From the NCBI GenBank assembly GCA_016869045.1, contig VGFC01000003.1, forward strand, positions 2,170-66,169: 64,000 nucleotides of DNA. Direction: 5' to 3'. Numbering within the stretch: position 1 is the stretch's first letter; each line of letters opens with the position of its first letter. A model generated the notes under the pieces. That model searched no databases. It worked only from the letters and a program-made list of their open reading frames with translations, and was not told the DNA's origin. Shown piece by piece: positions 56,368 through 64,000 of this stretch. A program made the position numbers and the translations under genes. Source of the stretch: Armatimonadota bacterium (lineage in GTDB: Bacteria; Armatimonadota; Zipacnadia; Zipacnadales; VGFC01).

Positions 56368-57435
56368 CTACAACTCCACAATCCCCCCCGCCTCCAGGCT
56401 TCGGTGCACGCCCGCCGCGATCCGCGTAGCTTCCAGGCCATCGACGCCAGACGGATAGGGCGCCAGCTCGCCGAGCTTCGCGCCGTCGAGGAGGACGTTC
56501 ACGTTCTCGGCGAAGTCGGCGATGGAGGTGATGCCGTAGCCGTCGAAGACCTCGCGGCCCTGCTTGTCGATGCGGGGGCGCAGGAAGCTCATGTTGTGGG
56601 TGGCCATGCCGAGGCCCTCGCAGCAAGAACCCGTGCCGCGATCCTGCGAGTCGCACTCGATCAGGCCCTTCTCGCCGACGAGACGGATGCCCTGGTTCAC
56701 GATGGCCTCGAAGCCGTCCGGCAGGATCCAGGCGGTATCGAACGTGACGCACGCGCCGCAGTCGAACTCGACCTTCGCCTGGATGGAGTCCCAGGTGTCT
56801 ACGCCCAGGCTCTGCAGCTTCCCCTTGCAGCCGGTCGCCCAGACGCGCACGCCGTTAGCGTGCAGCAGGAAGCGCGTGAGGTCGTAGAAGTGGATTCCCA
56901 GGAACCACGCGGGCGACGAGTTGCGCGCCCAGTTGGGAAACCAGTCGCGCGGCACCTCGATCCGGTCCTCCATGTGCGAGTACCCGTACTGCACCTTGCC
57001 GATGTCCCCTGCAACGATCTTGCGCCTCATCTCCAGGTGGTACTCGTCGAAGCGCTTGTGGAAGTCCACCTGCAGGAGCACGTCGTTCTGCGCGCAGGCG
57101 TCGATCATCTGTTGGCACCCAGCGACGGTCACATCGAGTGGCTTCTCGCAGAGGATGTGCTTGCCCGCCTCGGCGCAGGTGATGACGATGTCCTTGTGCA
57201 GCGGGTCGGGCGTGACGACGGTGACGCCGTCAAGCTGCTCCTTCTCCAGCATCTCCCGATAGTCCGTGTAGACCGGCATCCCGAACTCGGCCTGACGCTC
57301 AGCGAGCAGCTTCTCGTTGATGTCCGCCGCCGCGACCAGCTCGGCGACGCCGAGATACCCAAGCTGCCGGAAGCAGCGCAGGTGGTTGATCCCAAACGTC
57401 CCGACACCGATGACTCCGATCCGTGCTTGTGCCAA
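56368..57435 (-). CDS. Gfo/Idh/MocA-family oxidoreductase
   Basis: TTG start with GGAGG; IGVIGVGTFG, VTPDPLH, CEKPL, GIHFYD. Confidence 0.92.
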   Translation of the reverse strand: MAQARIGVIGVGTFGINHLRCFRQLGYLGVAELVAAADINEKLLAERQAEFGMPVYTDYREMLEKEQLDGVTVVTPDPLHKDIVITCAEAGKHILCEKPLDVTVAGCQQMIDACAQNDVLLQVDFHKRFDEYHLEMRRKIVAGDIGKVQYGYSHMEDRIEVPRDWFPNWARNSSPAWFLGIHFYDLTRFLLHANGVRVWATGCKGKLQSLGVDTWDSIQAKVEFDCGACVTFDTAWILPDGFEAIVNQGIRLVGEKGLIECDSQDRGTGSCCEGLGMATHNMSFLRPRIDKQGREVFDGYGITSIADFAENVNVLLDGAKLGELAPYPSGVDGLEATRIAAGVHRSLEAGGIVEL

Positions 57436-57505
57436 CGTGGTCCTCCTTGAAGGCAGTGCGAAGCGCGAAGTGCGAAGTGCTGAGCAAGACAACGGCACGT
57501 CAACG

Positions 57506-60397
57506 TCACGGGCGCGCGGCCTGGATGACTCGGTCCACCAACCCGCCCGGCTTGCAGGGCCCGTCCACGGTCTGTCCGGCGAGGGCGGCGGGCAGCGACC
57601 AGAGCATCATGTCCTGGTAGTAGTCGTTGCCGAAGGTCCGCTCGCCGGTATCGACGTCGCCGCGCATAATGTTAGGCATGTCCCACGTGTAGCCCTGCCG
57701 GCAGACGATGTTGTGCCAGGCCTTGCGCGCGAGTTCCAGGCCGAAGTCGCGCTCGCCGTAGTACATGTACGTCATCGCGAGCATCAACAGCTCGGGCGGG
57801 AAGTAGCTGTACGCGCCGTAGCCGCCCGGGTTCGCGACGGTGCCGTCCGGGTTCGCGTAGTTCACGGCGCCGTACTTCGTGACCGCCGCGTTGCAGCGCT
57901 TCACCGTGTCCATGACGGTGTGGATGCGCTCCTCGGGCAGCGCGGGCGTCAGGCCGTGGTGAGCGATGACCCACTCGCCGTCGAGCTGATAGCCGAACAC
58001 GAGGTCCGACCGCCGACCGGTCTCAGGCTCCAGGTAGTTCAGGTAGTAGCCGCGCTCGTCCCAGAGGCGCTGCTCCATGGCCTGCTGCGCGGCGGCGATC
58101 CACTCGGCGCACTGGCGCTCGAAGTCCGTGTCGCCCACCTCGCGCGCCATGCGCTCGACGATGCGCAGCTCCGCGAGGTGCAGGCCGCCGATATGCGCCG
58201 TCATGCCCGCCCAACCGGGTTCCGGGGCCTCGAACCACTCGGTACCCTCGTTCCCGTCGGGCATCGAGATGATCCTCTCCCCGATGGAGTAGGACGGCGT
58301 GGAGCGCAGGGCGACGGTGTGGGAGACGCTGCGCTTCATCATCGGGTACAGCTCGCGGAGGTACGCGTGGTCGGGCGTATCGCGGCAGAGGAGGAAGCGG
58401 TCCACGATCCCCGCGAGGCTGATCCCGTTCGAGGCGAACTGATACCCGCGCGTGGGGCAGGCGAAGTCGATGGGCGGCGTGCTCCCCGTGCAACCGCCGA
58501 AGATCCACGGCGGCGCGCCATCGGGAAGCTGGTAGCCCTGATAGCCGCGGATGGTCGAGAGCTGAAGCTCCGGGAAGAAGTACGCGAGCGGCAGGCTGCC
58601 GTAGAAGCTGCAGGGGATGCACTCGATCTGCGGGCAGCCGCGCGGGCACTCGTTCATGCCGAACAGGCCGTCCTCCTCGCGCACCCAGTCCGGCAGCGGC
58701 GCCTGCTTCTGCGCCCAATACCCGTCCTCGGCGATCATGTAGAGCACGTTGATGAGCGAGTCGCGCAGCCACGGCGGAAGCGACTGCTCGGCGTAGACCA
58801 CCTGCTGCCAGGCGATGACGCGGAGGAGGAGGCGCTGCCTGTCCCGCGCCAGCCGCTTCGCCGTCTCGCCCGCGTCGGGGTAGTGCCGAGCGTACATGTG
58901 GGTGAAGGTGTTGCCCGCCGGCGAGGCATTGAAGCCGCCGCCCTTCCATGTCGGCGCACACCACGACAGCACGAAGGGCACCACGCGGCTCTCGCCCGGC
59001 GCGAGCCGGAAGTCCACGGCTACCGTCGCACCGGCGTCGTCGTCGCGCGGCTCGGGCAACGTCTCACCGGCCGCCGACCATGCCGACCGGCGTGCTCCCA
59101 GGCCCCCGCCGATACGGACGTTCCCCTCGCCCGCGACGGTTAGTGCATACGAGGCGAGAGGACCGTGGACATGAACGCCTCGGCAAGCGCCGCTCACGGC
59201 GTCCCGCGTGAAGCTCGCCGCGCCCGCCTCGTCCGGCGTAGGACCGGGGAATGTGAGGAGGACCGTGCCTTGCTGGGGCTCTGGGCCCGGGTTGCGCCGG
59301 TGCGCCTCGAAGACAGCGCCGGGCATCATCGAGTCCACGACATCGCCGGGGAGGAACGGCGACCACGCACGCAGGCCCACCTGCACGGGCGCATCGGTCT
59401 CGAACTCGATGTCCGCGATGGGGTAGTGACCCCAATAGTGCACCTCGGTCGCCTGGCGGAGCGGACTGCCGGGCCCGAACAGCGCCGCCGGGGCCGCCGG
59501 GCGGCCGGTCGAGTCGTAGGTCCACGGCCCGTTCGGGTTCTGCTCGTCGCTCCAGTCCCGTGCCACATCCCATGTCTGGCCGCCGGCGCTCAGCGTCAGG
59601 TCGATGCCGACGTAGTCGCCGAACGTGCCGATCCGCGTCAGCACGAGTTCGAGCACATCGCCTTCCTCGACCCGCAGACTCAGGGCTTGCGCGCCGCCGC
59701 TCCCCGTCTCAAAGCCTTGCGGCTGCGCCGAGGTCGGGCCCCAGCGCAACTCGCCCTTGGTCAGCGTGAGGCCGTTCCTGCGTAGCTCCCAATTCTGCGG
59801 CCGGTCGAGGTCGCGGGTGAGCCACAAACCTCCGGAGATGGTCAGCGCTCCCGACACGGGGCTGGTCCACCGCAGCACACCCTCGCTGTGGCAGATCACG
59901 CGCCCCGCGGGCATGTCGAAGGGCGCCTCGCCCACGCTCCTGAACCACGCCGGGAGCTGCGTCGGCGAGGGCGCCCACAGGCGCTGATGCGCGCCGAGAT
60001 CGGGCTGAAGCTGCCAGGAGGTCAGCGGCTGCAGGCCTGTCTCAACGGTGCCCGGTGCATGGCACAGCACCCACGTCGCGCCGCCGACACTCAGGCCCAG
60101 GAAGGGTAAGCCCAGCGGCCCGCGCCGGGGCACGTGGGAGTTGAACAGCGTGCAGTACCCGAGCAGCCCGCTCGTCTCCAGGTCCAGGCAGCCCGTGTCC
60201 ACGCCGCCCACCGGCATCCCGTTCGTGGCAGGGCTCGCGGTCCGGTAGATGACGCCGCACACCCGCTCGCGATAGGCCGCCGCGCGGAACTGACACCACT
60301 CGCCGCCCGGGAGGTCGATCGGGAAGAGCCTCTGTGCATCTGCGTGGCTCATGGTCAGACACCCCAGCAGAAGCAGTGGCAACCGGCCGCCTCGCAT
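57506..60397 (-). CDS. GH116-family glycosyl hydrolase with an inserted domain
   Basis: Signal peptide; GMPVGGVDTG, GHYPIAD, WSPFLPGD, LPPWLRDSLIN, FGYQLDGEW. Confidence 0.8.
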   Translation of the reverse strand: MRGGRLPLLLLGCLTMSHADAQRLFPIDLPGGEWCQFRAAAYRERVCGVIYRTASPATNGMPVGGVDTGCLDLETSGLLGYCTLFNSHVPRRGPLGLPFLGLSVGGATWVLCHAPGTVETGLQPLTSWQLQPDLGAHQRLWAPSPTQLPAWFRSVGEAPFDMPAGRVICHSEGVLRWTSPVSGALTISGGLWLTRDLDRPQNWELRRNGLTLTKGELRWGPTSAQPQGFETGSGGAQALSLRVEEGDVLELVLTRIGTFGDYVGIDLTLSAGGQTWDVARDWSDEQNPNGPWTYDSTGRPAAPAALFGPGSPLRQATEVHYWGHYPIADIEFETDAPVQVGLRAWSPFLPGDVVDSMMPGAVFEAHRRNPGPEPQQGTVLLTFPGPTPDEAGAASFTRDAVSGACRGVHVHGPLASYALTVAGEGNVRIGGGLGARRSAWSAAGETLPEPRDDDAGATVAVDFRLAPGESRVVPFVLSWCAPTWKGGGFNASPAGNTFTHMYARHYPDAGETAKRLARDRQRLLLRVIAWQQVVYAEQSLPPWLRDSLINVLYMIAEDGYWAQKQAPLPDWVREEDGLFGMNECPRGCPQIECIPCSFYGSLPLAYFFPELQLSTIRGYQGYQLPDGAPPWIFGGCTGSTPPIDFACPTRGYQFASNGISLAGIVDRFLLCRDTPDHAYLRELYPMMKRSVSHTVALRSTPSYSIGERIISMPDGNEGTEWFEAPEPGWAGMTAHIGGLHLAELRIVERMAREVGDTDFERQCAEWIAAAQQAMEQRLWDERGYYLNYLEPETGRRSDLVFGYQLDGEWVIAHHGLTPALPEERIHTVMDTVKRCNAAVTKYGAVNYANPDGTVANPGGYGAYSYFPPELLMLAMTYMYYGERDFGLELARKAWHNIVCRQGYTWDMPNIMRGDVDTGERTFGNDYYQDMMLWSLPAALAGQTVDGPCKPGGLVDRVIQAARP

Positions 60398-60407
60398 GTC
60401 TCCGCTC

Positions 60408-61658
60408 CTACGCAGTCCCACACCACTGCGCAATGCCCAGCGCCAAGGCCTTCGCGCCGGTGAGAACCTCGTCGATTCCGATGCTCTCGCCCGCGGCGTG
60501 CGCCTGACGGATGTCGGAGGGGCCGAAGACGACGGTCGGCAGGTCGGCGAGGCACTTGTAGAGCCGCGCATCGCAGCTTACATTCCAGCCGAAGACCTCG
60601 CTCGGCAGACCCAGCTCCCGACACGCGCCGTGCAGCGTGACCGGCAGCGGATGGTCGGCGGGGATCTGGTAGGCGTCGTTGTGGAGCTTGGGGAACTCGA
60701 GCTTGAAGTGCTCCCTCAGCCACTCGTCATCAGTCTGCATGACCGCGTCCCAGAGGTCGCGCTTGATGTCGGCCATGCGCGTGTTGGGGAGGAAGCCGAC
60801 CCCGCCTTGCAGTACGCACTCGCCGGCGACCATCGACGGCCAGCCGCCGGCCTGGATCGTGCCAAGGCAAAGCTGCACGGGGTTCGCATACTTCGCGAAC
60901 ATCGGTTGGCCCTGGCTCGCCGCGATCAGGCGCTCCTCGTATTGCAGCATCAGTCGGGTCGCTTCCATCATCTTCTCAATCGCGTTGACACCCTCGTGGC
61001 GGCGGCCCATGTGCAGGCTCTTCCCGTAGGTCGTCGCGCGGAACCAGATCGCGCCGCGGTTTGCGGGGTGAATCTGCAGGTCCGTGCCCTCGAGCACGAT
61101 GACGCCGTCTGCCGCGCAGCCCTGGCGGATCAGCGCGAGCGCGCCGTTGCCGCCGACCTCCTCCTCGATGACCACCTGACACTCCACGTCGCCCGCGAGC
61201 TTCACGCCGAGGTCGTCGAGCGCCTTGAGCGCGCAGAGCATCGTGACGATCTGGCCCTTGCAGTCCGTCGCGCCGCGACCGATGATCCGGTTGCCCTCGA
61301 TGACCGGCTCGAAGGCCTGCTCCCACTCGCCGGCGGGGATGACGTCCGCGTGGGTCTGCAGGATGGCGCTGCGCCCGCCGCCCGTTCCCTCGCGCGTGGC
61401 AACGAGGTTGCAGCGGCCCTCGTAGGGCTGCTCGAAGTCGCCGTGGGAGTACTCCTCGTCCTCGAAGATCGAGTCGGGGATCGCGCGGTACTCGCCCGGC
61501 CAGCCGGCCTGCTCGAAGAGGTCCTTCACGTGCGCCTGAACTTCGCGCTCCTGGCCCTGCGTGCTCTCGAAGCGGATCAGGGCGGGGAGGGTCTCAACGA
61601 CGAAGCTCCGGTATGAGTCGATGGTTGCGGCAAGCTCGGACAACGCAATGTCGGCCAA
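60408..61658 (-). CDS. M20 ArgE/DapE-family deacylase
   Basis: THADVIP, GRGATDCKG, IEEEVGGNG, FGP..AHAAGE. Confidence 0.9.
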   Translation of the reverse strand: MADIALSELAATIDSYRSFVVETLPALIRFESTQGQEREVQAHVKDLFEQAGWPGEYRAIPDSIFEDEEYSHGDFEQPYEGRCNLVATREGTGGGRSAILQTHADVIPAGEWEQAFEPVIEGNRIIGRGATDCKGQIVTMLCALKALDDLGVKLAGDVECQVVIEEEVGGNGALALIRQGCAADGVIVLEGTDLQIHPANRGAIWFRATTYGKSLHMGRRHEGVNAIEKMMEATRLMLQYEERLIAASQGQPMFAKYANPVQLCLGTIQAGGWPSMVAGECVLQGGVGFLPNTRMADIKRDLWDAVMQTDDEWLREHFKLEFPKLHNDAYQIPADHPLPVTLHGACRELGLPSEVFGWNVSCDARLYKCLADLPTVVFGPSDIRQAHAAGESIGIDEVLTGAKALALGIAQWCGTA

Positions 61659-61672
61659 TGGGCACCTTCCCT

Positions 61673-62629
61673 TCAGGACAATGCGCGCGTGACGGATGCG
61701 CCCTTGAGGCAGACGTCGAGGGTCTTCGTCTCCGCCTTCACGCCGACGTTCGCCAGGGCTCGCACCATCGCCTCGGCGATGGCCTCTTCCCGCTCGTGGG
61801 CAAAGGCGATGATCGTGGGGCCGGAGCCGCTGAGGCACGCGCCGAGAGCGCCGGCTTCGAGCGCCGCGCGAATCGCCTCGTCCATGCCGGGCACGAGATG
61901 CGCGCGATACGGCTGATGCAGGCGGTCCTCCATCGCGGCCCGGAGAGCGTCGTACCGACCCGTGGCGAAGGCTGCCACCACGGCGCCAGCATGGCCCACG
62001 TTCAGGACCGCATCGAGGCGCGGCACCGAAGCCGGCAGGGCGCGGCGCGCTTGCTCGGTCTCGACCTCGTAGTCGGGGATCGCCACCACCGTGCGGGGCG
62101 GGTCCACGGGGTCGAGACGCAGGCAACCCGTGCCCTCGCCCGCCGCGTAACACACCGTGAGTCCACCCAGCAGCGCGGGCGCTACGTTGTCCGGGTGCCC
62201 CTCGATGGCGACGGCGACGGCGAGAAGATCATCCTGCGAGAGCGGCCTACCGAGTAGCTCATTCGCCGCGACACATCCGCCGACGATCGCCGCCGAACTG
62301 CTGCCGAGGCCTCGCGCAAGAGGAATCGCATTCACCTGGCGCACGTCGACCGGCGGCAGCCTCACCCCGGCGCGCTCCGCGACTGCCGCCATCGCGCGGC
62401 GCACGAGGTTCTGCTCATCGCGGGGGAGCACATCGGCGCTCTCCCCCTCAACCTCATGCCCCAGTTCCCCTCTCCCGGAGGGAGAGGGGCTAGGGGTGAG
62501 GCCAACCACCTCCACCGTGTTGAACAGCCCCAGCGCGAGGCCTAGGCTATCGAACCCCGGGCCGAGGTTCGCGGCGGTCGCGGGCACTCTCACACACACG
62601 CGGTCAAGCCGCCCCGGTTGGCCGTTCAC
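61673..62629 (-). CDS. thrB: Homoserine kinase
   Basis: VPATAANLGPGFD, PLARGLGSSSAA, EGHPDNVAP, DRLHQPYR, SGSGPT. Confidence 0.96.
   Translation of the reverse strand: MNGQPGRLDRVCVRVPATAANLGPGFDSLGLALGLFNTVEVVGLTPSPSPSGRGELGHEVEGESADVLPRDEQNLVRRAMAAVAERAGVRLPPVDVRQVNAIPLARGLGSSSAAIVGGCVAANELLGRPLSQDDLLAVAVAIEGHPDNVAPALLGGLTVCYAAGEGTGCLRLDPVDPPRTVVAIPDYEVETEQARRALPASVPRLDAVLNVGHAGAVVAAFATGRYDALRAAMEDRLHQPYRAHLVPGMDEAIRAALEAGALGACLSGSGPTIIAFAHEREEAIAEAMVRALANVGVKAETKTLDVCLKGASVTRALS
62467..62501. repeat. REP-like palindrome in frame inside thrB
   Basis: cccctctccc-gga-gggagagggg-ctaggggtgagg, read as LTPSPSPSGRGE. Confidence 0.75.
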
Positions 62630-63741
62630 GATTCACCGCCATGGTAGATTCTCGGCAGACGCGGGCCGAGGCGAGTGGGGATTTCGTGGGGGATCGTCCC
62701 CGCGCGTTGCGCGAGCTCCTCGACCGACACGCGCTCATCGCCCTGTCGGCCAATCAGCACGACCTCGTCGCCCGGTCGTACGCCCGGCAGACCGGTCACA
62801 TCCACGGTGATCGAGTCCATGTTGACCGCGCCCACGACGCGCGCGCGCCGGCCCCCGATCAGCACGTCCCCCACGCCCGAGAGGGCCGGCGGGTAGCCGT
62901 CGCCATAGCCCACGGGCACCAGCGCAATCGTGCTGTCGCGCTCCACCCGATACCGACGGCCGTAGCCTACCGTGCACCCCGGCGGCAGCGTCTTCACCTC
63001 CGCGATTCGTGAGACGAGCCGCAGGGCGGGCTCGACGGCAGGCATCTCGGCCTCGGGCATGCCCGGGTTCACGCCGTAGAGGATGGCGCCCGGCCGCACG
63101 AGATCGAAGCGGGCCTCTGGCAGGCGAACCAGTCCCGCGCTGTTGGCGGTGTGGCGGACCAGTGCCTCGTGCGGCAGCGCCGCGAGAGCCCGGCGGAAGT
63201 TCGCAAGCTGCTCCCGGGCGAAGGGCAGGTCGGCGCTCTCCGCCGTGGCGAAGTGCGAGTAGACGCCTGTCAGGCGCACGGGGCCTCGGTGCATCTGTTC
63301 GGCAAGGCCGGCGACCTCGCCAACCTCCACCCCCATGCGGCACATGCCGGTGTTGATCTTCAGGTGCACGTCGATGGTGAGGTCGGAGTTCGCGAGCTGC
63401 GCAGCGACAGAGCGCAGGTCGCCCTCGCTGCCCAGGCCGACGGTGATCCCGTCGCGCGCAAGGGAGGCCGCCTCGGACGCAGGAGGTGGACCAAGGGTGA
63501 GGATCCGGCCGGCGATCCCCTCCGCCCTCAGTGCCAGAGCCTCCTCGCCGCGCGCGACGGCAAGACCCCAGACTCCCGGCTGCCCGTGGACAGCCCGGGC
63601 GACCTCCACCTGACCGTGGCCGTACGCGTTGGCTTTGACCACCGGCGCGATCTGGGTGACGGGGCCGCTGATCTCTCGCAAGGTCGCAAGGTTGCGTTGG
63701 ATGGCCCCGAGATCGACCTCGACCCAGGCTTGGTGCATCAT
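62626..63741 (-). CDS. alr: Alanine racemase
   Basis: VVKANAYGHG, HLKINTGMCRMG, YSHFA, RPGAILYG, GYGDG, MD motif. Confidence 0.96.
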   Translation of the reverse strand: MMHQAWVEVDLGAIQRNLATLREISGPVTQIAPVVKANAYGHGQVEVARAVHGQPGVWGLAVARGEEALALRAEGIAGRILTLGPPPASEAASLARDGITVGLGSEGDLRSVAAQLANSDLTIDVHLKINTGMCRMGVEVGEVAGLAEQMHRGPVRLTGVYSHFATAESADLPFAREQLANFRRALAALPHEALVRHTANSAGLVRLPEARFDLVRPGAILYGVNPGMPEAEMPAVEPALRLVSRIAEVKTLPPGCTVGYGRRYRVERDSTIALVPVGYGDGYPPALSGVGDVLIGGRRARVVGAVNMDSITVDVTGLPGVRPGDEVVLIGRQGDERVSVEELAQRAGTIPHEIPTRLGPRLPRIYHGGES

Positions 63742-63786
63742 GGTTGGCGATGTGTCGAAGCTGGCGCTTCGACCTACGGCAGCGTT

Positions 63787-63810
63787 GTAGGACGGAGCGC
63801 CCGCTCCGTC
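63787..63810 (+). repeat. GTAG-family REP
   Basis: gtag-gacggagc-gccc-gctccgtc. Confidence 0.6.
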
Positions 63811-63812
63811 AC

Positions 63813-64000
63813 TCAGTTCGCGTTCGGCTCCAGAGAGACGCCGAAGGCCGCCAGGAAGGTCAGCCCCATCACGTACCGGCCCATCGGCGACATGTGGACA
63901 CCGTCCTGCGTCAGGCGGGCCGGGTCTGCGGGGTCGGAGGCTTCCTGGACGAGACGGAACGTCTCGTGCATCGGGATCAGCAGGAGGTCGTGCTCCGTGG
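63813..64000 (-). CDS. 3' end of an SGNH/GDSL hydrolase (truncated by window edge)
   Basis: ...IPMHETF...TQDGVHMSPMGRYVMG...; DxxH block V motif. Confidence 0.75.
   Translation of the reverse strand, partial: TEHDLLLIPMHETFRLVQEASDPADPARLTQDGVHMSPMGRYVMGLTFLAAFGVSLEPNAN

Noticed and set aside
57456..57481. GCGAAGT-like heptamer tandem repeat
   Set aside because: Only about three degenerate intergenic units, with no evidence of function.
149..63613. Many long antisense or alternate-frame ORFs (e.g. 4364..6352, 23882..25669, 41572..43407, 50507..52321, 57317..59143)
   Set aside because: They overlap well-supported genes and are Arg/Ala/Pro-rich with no motifs, as expected for shadow ORFs in high-GC DNA.
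1..64000. tRNA, rRNA, integrase, transposase, reverse transcriptase or phage genes
   Set aside because: None recognisable by eye; small RNAs cannot be excluded without an Infernal/Rfam scan.

Overview
High-GC (about 70% by eye), densely coding bacterial window. An Armatimonadota-like diderm is my inference, from FlgD-type C-termini, LptC/LptA and CsaB/DUF5693. 1-18.8 kb (minus strand) holds sulfatases, MntP, large CBM/glycoside-hydrolase-like secreted proteins, a hicB-hicA pair, a URO-D-family protein and a TolB-like lipoprotein. 19-27 kb (plus strand) holds two tandem S8 proteases and a lipoprotein. 29.7-45 kb (minus strand) is an envelope cluster: stand-alone 5'-nucleotidase C-domain, DUF5693, csaB, a 1187-aa outer-membrane beta-barrel with SprA-like repeats, a secreted protein, four lipoproteins and lptC-lptA. 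45-52 kb is housekeeping (frameshifted prfB, uppS, frr, pyrH, tsf, rpsB, hisG), and 52-64 kb holds metabolic genes (LysE, aminotransferase III, oxidoreductase, GH116, M20, thrB, alr). The best candidate for an undescribed system is a T9SS-like export locus. It comprises the SprA-like barrel, three large secreted proteins sharing a ~430-aa C-terminal module that ends in an FlgD-Ig domain and a terminal Arg, a small lipoprotein that is a stand-alone copy of one barrel repeat, and several carboxypeptidase-regulatory-like lipoproteins. REP/MITE-type elements are also abundant, including a nested insertion and two in-frame palindromes inside genes. All family assignments come from motif recognition by eye; no database searches were run.
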